Shown one piece after another: positions 1 to 7,577 of a DNA stretch of 64,000 nucleotides. Numbering within the stretch: the stretch's first letter is position 1; each line of letters starts with the position of its first letter. A program made the translations under genes and the position numbers. The notes under the pieces were generated by a model. It saw only the letters and a program-made list of their open reading frames with translations, had not been told where the DNA came from and ran no database searches. The stretch comes from Halothiobacillus sp. (GTDB taxonomy: Bacteria > Pseudomonadota > Gammaproteobacteria > Halothiobacillales > Halothiobacillaceae): NCBI RefSeq assembly GCF_024636015.1, contig NZ_JAGXHU010000023.1; one strand, written 5' to 3'.

Positions 1-65
1 TCGATTAGCGGCAACAGGGCCTTCGGATTTTGACGTGACGATGTGTGCGCGGAGGTGCTCATCAT
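1..65 (-). CDS. 5' end (runs off the window) of the gene immediately downstream of dabB. Gene order suggests DabA (DUF2309), the partner subunit of the DAB inorganic-carbon pump.
   Basis: ATGATG sits at 60-65 on the minus strand, directly preceded by AAGGAAG (Shine-Dalgarno) and 28 nt after the dabB stop. The frame stays open to the window edge (MMSTSAHTSSRQNPKALLPLI...). Only about 21 codons are visible, so identity rests on synteny alone. Confidence 0.3.
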   Translation of the reverse strand, partial: MMSTSAHTSSRQNPKALLPLI

Positions 66-93
66 GGCTTCCTTAGGGATTCTAGAACGGGGC

Positions 94-1767
94 TCAGACT
101 TGACTATCGTTGGCACATTGGGCCTTACGAGACAGTTCAGAATCGGGCATACGAGTCATGCGCCCAACTTTTTCCGGCCATAACCGATAGGACAAACGCT
201 CTACCCAACGATCGACATACAACCCGTTGTATAAGTGAATGAACAAGGCCGTCTGACTGCTGCTCGCCATCCGTTCACGCCCTGGGCCCTGCAACCAGGC
301 CACGGCAAAAAACCCGGCAATAGTCAACGCGATCAGACCATAGTTCAGGGGTGTGACCTCAGTGGGTAATGGCGCCAACTCCTGAGCAAACCCGTGCATA
401 AACCACGCGTGCAAGACAAAGTAGATCGCAGACATGGCCGTCGCAGTCGCAATAGCCGTCACCACTTCCCTACCAGTGCCGTAACTCAGTACCTTAAGCA
501 CGAGTTGCGCGGTAGCCAGAGCGATGATGACGACCAAGGCCAACAGCGTGGGTTCCTCTCGCAAGCTCAACCCCATGCCGATGATCAAGGCCAGAACGAT
601 AGCTAGGCTACCCAGGAAGGTGACCATCCACGCCGTCAGAGAAACCGGGCGATACTTGAAAATCTTGGGCTGGCGCAGTTGATCGGCAATACCGCCCGAA
701 GACAGAAACGCATGTGCCTTGTATAACGAGTGTCCCACGAGGTGCAGCAACCCGAGAGCGAACAGGCCAAGGCCGAGTTCCAGCAACATAAACCCCAGCT
801 GTGCTGCCGTGGACCAGGCCAGCGACGACTTTATAGCCGATTGGGTCAACATGACCAGCGAGGCAATGATCAATGTGGTCAACCCGACGAGCGCCAGCAG
901 GATGAGGGCATATCCGTCGGCAACCAACAGGTGACTGGTACGCAGCACGATGATCGCGCCGCTATAGACGATCCCGGCATGCATCAGCGCCGATACCGGC
1001 GTTGGCGCCTCCATGACCTGAATCAGCCAACCATGAAAGGGAAACTGCGCGCTCTTGAGAATGGCGGCCAGAACAATCAGCCAAGCAGCAACGTGCAATT
1101 CCAGAGGCAAGTGCTCGTGGCCCTGCACGAAGGCGGTAATTGCCGAGAACTCCAGGCTACCGACTTGCAGGCCAACAAGCACCGTGGCGATAATCAACAG
1201 CGCATCGGCCGTACGGCTGAAAATCGACTTCTTGTGCGTGACCATGATGGCGCGTGGCCGCTCAGGATAAAACCCCAGCAACCGATGCAGAGTAAAACCG
1301 GTCATCAAGATCGCAAACGTAAACAGTGCCATGTTCCCGGCAATGACCACCAACAGGAACCAGCCGCCGGTGAACCCCAGCAAACGGAAAAAACGGGCCT
1401 GTTGCGGATCGCCATTGAGGTACTGAATGCTGAATCGGGCGATGATCATCAATACGAAACTGACCAGCGTTCCCAACAGCAGGGTCATGCCATTGACGGC
1501 AATCGAGACATGCAGATCGATGTTTTTGTCCATGCCTGGCAAGGGTATCGTCGGCATAAATACGTCACTGCGCGACCCGAAGGCGTACATCAATGCAGCC
1601 AACAGTGCGAGCACAAACACGACCAAGGTAGCCGACGCCACGCGACGACGATAGATCAGGGCAGCGCTTACCCCCGTGCGGGCACCCGGCAGCACTGAAG
1701 CGAGCATTGTCACCGGCATGGCCAATAACATCAGCCCAGCAGCATTGGCTAACAGTTCGGGGGTCAT
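94..1767 (-). CDS. dabB: NuoL/NdhF/MrpD-family proton-conducting membrane subunit; context suggests DabB of a DAB-type inorganic carbon accumulation complex
   Basis: The 557-aa polytopic membrane ORF carries complex-I antiporter-like motifs (FPFHGWL, MHAGIVYSG, SSLAWSTAAQLGFM, HSLYKAHAFL). It stands alone with no other nuo genes, and lies downstream of a carboxysome operon and a LysR gene, as in published DAB loci. Confidence 0.7.
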   Translation of the reverse strand: MTPELLANAAGLMLLAMPVTMLASVLPGARTGVSAALIYRRRVASATLVVFVLALLAALMYAFGSRSDVFMPTIPLPGMDKNIDLHVSIAVNGMTLLLGTLVSFVLMIIARFSIQYLNGDPQQARFFRLLGFTGGWFLLVVIAGNMALFTFAILMTGFTLHRLLGFYPERPRAIMVTHKKSIFSRTADALLIIATVLVGLQVGSLEFSAITAFVQGHEHLPLELHVAAWLIVLAAILKSAQFPFHGWLIQVMEAPTPVSALMHAGIVYSGAIIVLRTSHLLVADGYALILLALVGLTTLIIASLVMLTQSAIKSSLAWSTAAQLGFMLLELGLGLFALGLLHLVGHSLYKAHAFLSSGGIADQLRQPKIFKYRPVSLTAWMVTFLGSLAIVLALIIGMGLSLREEPTLLALVVIIALATAQLVLKVLSYGTGREVVTAIATATAMSAIYFVLHAWFMHGFAQELAPLPTEVTPLNYGLIALTIAGFFAVAWLQGPGRERMASSSQTALFIHLYNGLYVDRWVERLSYRLWPEKVGRMTRMPDSELSRKAQCANDSQV

Positions 1768-2151
1768 CGTACTCTCCTCACGTCTTTTAACTCATTTGCT
1801 CTATGAGTGAGACGTTAGGCGGCTATGAGCCATATGTATAATTCGATTTCCCCTGATCTGGCATAGGATGAAATCTATATAAGGATCGAGCCGAATCCCA
1901 ACTAGATATCCAATGACGCAGAAAGCTGCACATCCTGTTGTTTATTAAAAATTAATTAATCGAACCAGGACGGCGATAAAGATATAGATAAAATCATCCG
2001 ACTGATTTCACATAGGATTGCGTCTATGCAACCCAAGACTACATTCAATGAATGTTGAGAGATATGTTCTCAACGACACCTCACGGAGGCGTCAGTTATC
2101 TGTTGAATGGAATGTGTCGAACAGACCGATTAAATAGCTGTTGTTGAGCAT

Positions 2152-2187
2152 AAACAAGTTGCCCGACATACGTCGGGCAACTTGTTT
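2152..2187 (-). terminator. Perfect 16-bp stem hairpin about 40 nt downstream of the LysR gene stop; a probable transcription terminator or insulator ahead of the dabB promoter region
   Basis: The arms aaacaagttgcccgac and gtcgggcaacttgttt flank a 4-nt loop (atac). There is no long U-tract on the minus strand, so intrinsic-terminator status is uncertain. Confidence 0.5.
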
Positions 2188-2225
2188 GATCTTGCGTGCG
2201 GATACCACATCAACATATTGTTTTA

Positions 2226-3173
2226 TCAGCCAATTTTAAGGTAGTCGCCCCCGTGGATTTTCAAGAAGGACAAGAATTTGCGTGCCAGCACGGAAAGAAC
2301 CTTGCCTTTCGGATACACAATGTTCCAGCAGCTTTCCAATGGAAACCCCTGCACATCGAGTTTCACCAGCGGTCCGCCGATGCCTTCGATATTCAGGGCA
2401 TGCTCGGAAACAACGGCCAGACCCAATTTCCCAACCACGGCGTGTTTGATCGCTTCGTTGCCGTCGAGCACGAGGCGAGTCTTAATCGACAACCCGTGGC
2501 GTGCAAACAGTTCTTCCGTCTTATGTCGAATCCCGGAACCGGGTTCACGCATGATGAAGAACTCTTCTGCGATCCTGCTGAGCGGGATGTTTCGGGCCTG
2601 TGCGAGTGGATGGCTGCGGTGAGCAATCACCAGCAACGGGTTGGGCGCAAAGGGAATGACCTCAAGATCAATCCGGCTTTGCGGCACCTGCCCCATGATG
2701 TAGAGATCGGAGGCATTTTCCTCGATGCGGCTCATCAAGGTATCCCGGTTGGAAATGATTAGTTCCAGTTCGATGTCCGGGTACTGCTCCGCAAAATAAC
2801 CCAAGGCGACCGGGGCGAAATATTTGGCGGTGGTAATGACCGATAGCCGCAACCGCCCCTTGCGTAGCCCTTTCAAGTCATTCAGCGACATTTCGATGTT
2901 GGCCAGCGCGTCCATCACCTCGCGGCAGCCGCGTAACACGATTTGCCCCGCTTCGGTCAGGTAGAAGCGACGACCGATCTGTTCATACAAATCAAGCCCG
3001 ACCACTTCCGACAGGCTTTTGACCTGTGCAGAAACACTCGGCTGAGTCAGGTTCAATTCCGCTGCGGCACGGGTAAAGCTTTCGAGTCGTACAACTAATT
3101 CGAATACCTCTATTTGTCGCAACGAAGCATGTCTCAGGAGTTTCCTGGATAGCGTGGCAAGTTCCTGGGGCAT
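2226..3173 (-). CDS. LysR-family transcriptional regulator, CbbR/CmpR-like (paralogue of the regulator at 9604-10542)
   Basis: An N-terminal wHTH (LRQIEVFELVVRLESFTRAAAELNLTQPSVSAQVKSLSE) is followed by a LysR substrate-binding domain (KYFAP, REPGSGIR, NEAIKHAVVGKLGLAV). I chose the ATG at 3173 because it is preceded by AGAGGA; the ORF is open to 3218. Confidence 0.85.
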   Translation of the reverse strand: MPQELATLSRKLLRHASLRQIEVFELVVRLESFTRAAAELNLTQPSVSAQVKSLSEVVGLDLYEQIGRRFYLTEAGQIVLRGCREVMDALANIEMSLNDLKGLRKGRLRLSVITTAKYFAPVALGYFAEQYPDIELELIISNRDTLMSRIEENASDLYIMGQVPQSRIDLEVIPFAPNPLLVIAHRSHPLAQARNIPLSRIAEEFFIMREPGSGIRHKTEELFARHGLSIKTRLVLDGNEAIKHAVVGKLGLAVVSEHALNIEGIGGPLVKLDVQGFPLESCWNIVYPKGKVLSVLARKFLSFLKIHGGDYLKIG

Positions 3174-3496
3174 CGGATGATCCTCTATCGTGCGTGTGCC
3201 GGGTTCGGGGGGTTGCATGAAACCGAGTGACTTTTGTCGACCACGCGCGGGGATTCAAAACCCGCTGTGGGCGGCAAAGTTGGGGCAGTCGCTGGTTTCT
3301 CAACACACATTGAATATCGAAAGCATGGTGAACCGCCGGTCAATGGTAATGAGCAAGAGTGCCCATTCAGACGTCGAAGGTAACGCGTTTTGCAAGCCAC
3401 CTCAGTAACTCCTGCCCTTTTAAAACTCATGGCAGTGATTTTTAAAAACCGGCCGATACAACAATTTGTTTCGATATTTGGCACACGCCAATCCAA

Positions 3497-3700
3497 TCAA
3501 TCCGGCCAAACGCGAGCGGCCGGGATCGCCTGCTTCTGCACGACCTCCGCAGTCTGGGTTTCACTCGATTTGGGTTGTTCCGGTTTGCGACGTACCGGAG
3601 CCTTTGGTTGAGTGCTCTTTTCGATTGCCGGCGCCTCGGTTGGCTTCGTGTCACGTACCTTGTCGAGTCCGGCCGTCAGCTTGTTGCTTACTGTCGTCAT
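3497..3700 (-). CDS. mcdB: Small low-complexity (K/P/E/Q/T/A-rich) protein translationally coupled to the ParA-type ATPase; candidate alpha-McdB carboxysome positioning adaptor
   Basis: The 67-aa ORF starts in an ATGA overlap with the upstream ParA stop (3697-3700). It has no hydrophobic core and ends ...AARVWPD, with a Trp near the C-terminus as I recall for described alpha-McdB proteins. Position after mcdA in the cso locus also fits. Confidence 0.55.
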   Translation of the reverse strand: MTTVSNKLTAGLDKVRDTKPTEAPAIEKSTQPKAPVRRKPEQPKSSETQTAEVVQKQAIPAARVWPD

Positions 3701-4335
3701 AAGTCTAAAACCTCCTCAATAATTGCTTCAATATCGTTCACGGCACTGGAACCGCGCTTGCCAAGTCGATAGACACTGCAGCCTTCCAGTGCGGCACTTC
3801 GGAAGGCGGCACGACGCGCCAGGCCATTTTTGAGCACCGGAAGTTCAAAATCTGCCAGTGCCTCATGCATGGATCTCGATAGCGCACTACGCTGATCCTG
3901 TTGATTGAGGACCATATAAGCGCTCAAATCAGGATTGCCAACGCGCGCTTGCTGCACCACACCCGCCATACCAATACTTGCCCAGACATCCAGAGGCGAA
4001 GGTTGTATTGGGATCAACGCCATATCCACGAAAGACAAAACATGACGCAGAATGTCCGAATCCAGATGCGGCGGGGAATCGATGAGCACATACCGGTGTG
4101 TATCGGATAAATGCTGTATGCGTTCGCGCACCTCGCCTGCCCCAACGCTTTCTATGGGGGGCAGGTCGCCTTCATCGCCGCTGACTCTTGCCCAATGACC
4201 GGCTGATTCTTGTGGATCAGCATCCAGTAACACGGTTGTACCGCGTCGACTGAATCCGGCACCGAGGTTGACGGATAAGGTCGTTTTCCCCGTCCCGCCT
4301 TTCTGGTTCACAATGGCAACACGCAAACTGCTCAT
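3697..4335 (-). CDS. mcdA: ParA/MinD-family ATPase; McdA-like (maintenance of carboxysome distribution)
   Basis: A deviant Walker A (VAIVNQKGGTGKTTLSVNLG) is followed by a DADPQ motif and a Walker B-like YVLIDSPP. It lies immediately downstream of the cso shell genes and acRAF. The start at 4335 (MSSLRVAIV) is 5 nt after the upstream gene's stop; the ORF is open to 4404. Confidence 0.8.
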   Translation of the reverse strand: MSSLRVAIVNQKGGTGKTTLSVNLGAGFSRRGTTVLLDADPQESAGHWARVSGDEGDLPPIESVGAGEVRERIQHLSDTHRYVLIDSPPHLDSDILRHVLSFVDMALIPIQPSPLDVWASIGMAGVVQQARVGNPDLSAYMVLNQQDQRSALSRSMHEALADFELPVLKNGLARRAAFRSAALEGCSVYRLGKRGSSAVNDIEAIIEEVLDL

Positions 4336-4339
4336 GGTG

Positions 4340-4612
4340 CTACTTGCCTTCATTCGACACGAGCGCGCCAATCTTCTGAGCCAAAGACACCGACTCCGGG
4401 CCAATTTTGCTTCCGTCCTCGTCTAACGTGACGCTGACATAAGTCTTGCCAAAGCTCAAATTCGGATAATGCTTTGCCTCTTCGGCAATTTTCGCGACGT
4501 TATCCAGAAAAGCCCGAGTCTCAGAATAGGTTGCGAATTCAAATCGTCGACTCAACATCGGTGGCAAATCTTGCCTGGTCCAATCGGGTATCGGATTGTC
4601 ATGTTCCTGCAT
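4340..4612 (-). CDS. acRAF: Pterin-4a-carbinolamine dehydratase-like protein (acRAF-type alpha-carboxysome RuBisCO assembly factor)
   Basis: The 90-aa ORF has the PCD-fold signature (W.....L.R.F.F..Y..AF.F...VA..AE...HHP pattern, here ...RRFEFATYSETRAFLDNVAKIAEEAKHYPNLSFGKTYVSVTL). It sits directly after csoS1, as in other cso loci. Confidence 0.7.
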   Translation of the reverse strand: MQEHDNPIPDWTRQDLPPMLSRRFEFATYSETRAFLDNVAKIAEEAKHYPNLSFGKTYVSVTLDEDGSKIGPESVSLAQKIGALVSNEGK

Positions 4613-4739
4613 AATAGTGCTCCTCGAGGCCTCGTGATACAGACATTACTTACACATCATTCAGATACCGCGATCTTTCAACCAACCCGGTATCCAGTTG
4701 CCCTGTCACCACTACTCCAAGAACGACAATCAGTAATTC

Positions 4740-5063
4740 TTAGAGCGTGGCTTGATTCATCATGGTGCAGTTGATGGCGTTGCCTTCAGCAGACAGAATG
4801 CTCTCAACTTCTTCGTGAACGCGCGCGATGATGTGCGCTGCGACCAGACCGTCGCCCACACGCTCGCAAGCATCAGCGCCCGCACGAACCGCCGCGTTCA
4901 CCGCGCCGGTTTCACCACGGACCAGAACGGTGACGTAACCGCCGCCAACAAACTGACGACCGACCAGACGCACTTCTGCCGCTTTGGTCATTGCGTCCGC
5001 CGCTTCGATTGCGGGAACCAGACCGCGGGTTTCAATCATGCCCAGTGCAACACCTGTAGCCAT
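4740..5063 (-). CDS. csoS1: Carboxysome shell hexamer protein CsoS1 (BMC-H, Pfam BMC domain), C-terminally extended CsoS1B-like copy
   Basis: The sequence GVALGMIETRGLVPAIEAADAMTKAAEVRLVG...GGGYVTVLVRGETGAVNAAV is a canonical BMC-H sequence. The 107-aa product has an extra tail of about 12 aa. Confidence 0.95.
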   Translation of the reverse strand: MATGVALGMIETRGLVPAIEAADAMTKAAEVRLVGRQFVGGGYVTVLVRGETGAVNAAVRAGADACERVGDGLVAAHIIARVHEEVESILSAEGNAINCTMMNQATL

Positions 5064-5379
5064 TTTCCTTCTCCTAACTAAAACGTGATTTACTTCGAAA
5101 AAATCAAGCAGTTGCTATCGTGTTCTGCAGAATGCTTTCAACTTCGCTGTGAACGCGCGCGATGATGTGTGCCGCGACCAAACCGTCACCCACACGCTCG
5201 CAAGCATCAGCGCCCGCACGAACCGCCGCGTTCACCGCACCGGTTTCACCACGGACCAGAACGGTGACGTAACCGCCACCAACAAACTGACGACCGACCA
5301 GACGCACTTCTGCCGCTTTGGTCATCGCGTCCGCCGCTTCAATCGCCGGAACCAGACCGCGGGTTTCAATCATGCCCAG
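4815..5379. repeat. Tandem near-identical csoS1 coding duplication (copy 1 at 4815-5045, copy 2 at 5149-5379; 334-nt offset)
   Basis: By-eye alignment of the two 231-nt segments shows roughly ten mismatches. The encoded core (ALGMIETRG...AAHIIARVH) is identical in both ORF translations. Confidence 0.9.
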
Positions 5380-5406
5380 AGCAATACCTGTAATACCTTC
5401 AGCCAT
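5104..5406 (-). CDS. csoS1: Carboxysome shell hexamer protein CsoS1 (BMC-H)
   Basis: The 100-aa ORF has a BMC domain identical to the downstream copy across the core. Confidence 0.95.
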   Translation of the reverse strand: MAEGITGIALGMIETRGLVPAIEAADAMTKAAEVRLVGRQFVGGGYVTVLVRGETGAVNAAVRAGADACERVGDGLVAAHIIARVHSEVESILQNTIATA

Positions 5407-5430
5407 TTCTTTCTCCTAAAAAACAAAGTT

Positions 5431-5712
5431 TTAATTACAATTCTCAGAAGTTTTAATGATGGTTTCCTCCGTATCCCAGTTATCGATAATTCCGCAGATG
5501 GTTAAATCCGTGAGGATGCTTTTATCGCCCGTCGCGATACGCGCAGCGGATCCCCCTGTGGTAAAAACCCATTTACCACAGGGCACACCGACAGGATCGA
5601 CCGCCACTGAGATCTGTCCCTTCGTATCTGCCAGCACGCGCAGTGAGCTACGGGAGAGACCCGCAATCCGGCGTGAGGCGACAAGTTCGGAAACGACGCA
5701 CATGATTTCCAT
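5431..5712 (-). CDS. csoS4B: Carboxysome vertex pentamer protein CsoS4B (EutN/CcmL family, BMC-P)
   Basis: The EutN/CcmL-like sequence reads MEIMCVVSELVASRR...AVDPVGVPCGKWVFTTGGSAARIA...LTICGIID. The ATG at 5712 is preceded by AGGAGA and lies 1 nt after the csoS4A stop; the ORF is open to 5748. Confidence 0.85.
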   Translation of the reverse strand: MEIMCVVSELVASRRIAGLSRSSLRVLADTKGQISVAVDPVGVPCGKWVFTTGGSAARIATGDKSILTDLTICGIIDNWDTEETIIKTSENCN

Positions 5713-5713
5713 C

Positions 5714-5965
5714 TCAACTCTCCTGCCAGTGGTCAATGATTCCAACAATGGTCAGGTCACTCGGGAACTCCTTGCTTCCCGCCGCCTCACGGGCAGCTGA
5801 GCTTCCGACGCAAATAACCCAATCTCCCGGAATACATCCAATGGCATCGACTGCGACACTCGGCGTTCCGCCATTCTTCTCTCTAACCACCAATAAAGGG
5901 CGGTGGCCCAGTTCACGGACGCGGTTGGTCGAAACAAGTGCTTTTTCCACTCGCATGATCTTCAT
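5714..5965 (-). CDS. csoS4A: Carboxysome vertex pentamer protein CsoS4A (EutN/CcmL family, BMC-P)
   Basis: The 83-aa sequence MKIMRVEKALVSTNRV...AVDAIGCIPGDWVICVGSSAAREAAG...LTIVGIIDHW is typical of CcmL/EutN proteins. Its position after csoS3 fits. Confidence 0.9.
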   Translation of the reverse strand: MKIMRVEKALVSTNRVRELGHRPLLVVREKNGGTPSVAVDAIGCIPGDWVICVGSSAAREAAGSKEFPSDLTIVGIIDHWQES

Positions 5966-5975
5966 TACATAACCC

Positions 5976-7553
5976 TCAATGCGCGTGCTTGTTTTGATCG
6001 TGGTCTGAGACTGTTTCCAAGACGCTGCCCGACTGCTGTGCCTGAACGCTCATGCCGAATACCAACAACCCTTCATGCATCAGATCTGGATATCGCGCCA
6101 CGATTGCCGCCTTAACCCGATGGCACCGTGCGACAGCGCGCTCTTTTGCACCCGGCACCTGGTTGTCATAGCGGTAGTGAATAGCTACCGGCACGGGCAA
6201 ACTGTTAGCGATGTTCAGCCGCGTAAAGATCTTGATGCCGACATCCATATCCGCCGCCCCTTCCTCCAGCGTCTGCATGTAGCTGAAGTAGGCAAGGTTG
6301 CGTAAATGAACTTCTTCAAAGCCGTCGCCGACGCTAATGAAACGCTCGGCATGGCCAATATCTTCATAACGACCGTTGTGGTACTGGCAGACGTAGTCGA
6401 TCTGGGACAAGTTGTTGGTAAGCAGCTGTTTGATCAACCCACGCATGCCAGTTTCGGGCGCACTTCGGTCAAACCGCCGCGCGGTTTCCTCGACAATGGC
6501 ATTCAATTTCCATTGCGCTTCCAATTTGGTTAGCTTGGCCGTCTCTTGATACAGAGCCATGTTGTCGATGTAGCAATCCAGGCTAGTTCCACCATTGGCA
6601 TCAGGAACATGAATGCGAATGGCATCGTTATCGGTGTCCACACCTATCAAAAGCGTGGCGACCGAAGCACCGCAGCAGAAGCCGTTTTCAATCGCGGTGC
6701 TGAATGCGCGCAATCGATCGAGCGCTGCCTGCATGGCCCTGGCGTCCGAACTCCCATGAGCGGCACAGCCTTCGTGATCGGGGTCCGAGCTACTAAAGTG
6801 GTACGCAGCAATCTTGAGGTAACGGGTGCCCGAATCGGTTGTTGTCGGCAAGCCTTCACGGAAGCGACGCAACTCCGTCGCTGTCCACTGTTTGACATTC
6901 AATTCAACATCAAACGAGGTGCCCGCGTAGAACTGGTGCCGCGGAACCGCTTCCTGAGGCAGGCGCAGGATGTAATTGATAAATCCTTTGAGCCGACCAT
7001 CAGCACAAGCACTGACATTCACCTCATGAAAACCACACTCAATAAAGAAGCGAGCGACATCCTCCGCCTCAGTGCAACCACCCTGTCGAATCACATCTTC
7101 CTGAGCCAACTTGCAGAACGTTTTCAACACGCTGTTGCCATACAGCTTGCGCATGTCGAGCGGCGCGATCCAGGCATTGGCCAACACCGTCTCATCCAGA
7201 TCAAAGCCCAAACGTTCACGTGCAATTTGCTGCGCACGGGATTCGAAATCAGCTTCATGCCGTAGTGCAGCAATTTGCTTGAGTGTTGGCACGATGTCGG
7301 AGAAGCACGCTTTAACACGTCGCTCATAGTCAACAAGACGCTCGTTCTGCTTTAAGTCCGCCAACGGATGAGCGTGAGGACCGCACTGCGTGCTGACACA
7401 CGCACCGTCACGATCCTGCGCAAAACCTGGCGGGCAGAAACTGACTCGTTGTGGCCAACTGGGTATGTTGTGCGTCGAACTTGCAGCTCGAATGGTCGTC
7501 GCCAGCCCGACTGGGGCTTTATTCAAACTTTTCTGGCGATGGCGGGTATCCAT
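5976..7553 (-). CDS. csoS3: Carboxysome shell carbonic anhydrase CsoSCA (CsoS3)
   Basis: The 525-aa size matches CsoSCA, as does its position between csoS2 and csoS4A. I recognise the sequence as the CsoS3 family (...ACADGRLKGF..., ...HEGCAAHGSSD..., ...CYIDNMALYQE...). A GGAG Shine-Dalgarno lies 6 nt before the ATG. Confidence 0.85.
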   Translation of the reverse strand: MDTRHRQKSLNKAPVGLATTIRAASSTHNIPSWPQRVSFCPPGFAQDRDGACVSTQCGPHAHPLADLKQNERLVDYERRVKACFSDIVPTLKQIAALRHEADFESRAQQIARERLGFDLDETVLANAWIAPLDMRKLYGNSVLKTFCKLAQEDVIRQGGCTEAEDVARFFIECGFHEVNVSACADGRLKGFINYILRLPQEAVPRHQFYAGTSFDVELNVKQWTATELRRFREGLPTTTDSGTRYLKIAAYHFSSSDPDHEGCAAHGSSDARAMQAALDRLRAFSTAIENGFCCGASVATLLIGVDTDNDAIRIHVPDANGGTSLDCYIDNMALYQETAKLTKLEAQWKLNAIVEETARRFDRSAPETGMRGLIKQLLTNNLSQIDYVCQYHNGRYEDIGHAERFISVGDGFEEVHLRNLAYFSYMQTLEEGAADMDVGIKIFTRLNIANSLPVPVAIHYRYDNQVPGAKERAVARCHRVKAAIVARYPDLMHEGLLVFGMSVQAQQSGSVLETVSDHDQNKHAH

Positions 7554-7577
7554 AATGGGCTCCGTAGGGTCAATGGG

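Noticed and set aside
730-1698. 322-aa plus-strand ORF
   Set aside because: It is antisense to the membrane protein DabB. The translation is Gln/Arg/His-rich and implausible as a protein.
3442-3654. 70-aa Arg-rich ORF overlapping the McdB-like ORF in another frame
   Set aside because: It lacks start/stop coupling to mcdA and has no Shine-Dalgarno. The alternative frame (3497-3700) has the ATGA overlap with mcdA and a composition and C-terminal Trp that fit McdB. I cannot fully exclude it without comparative data.
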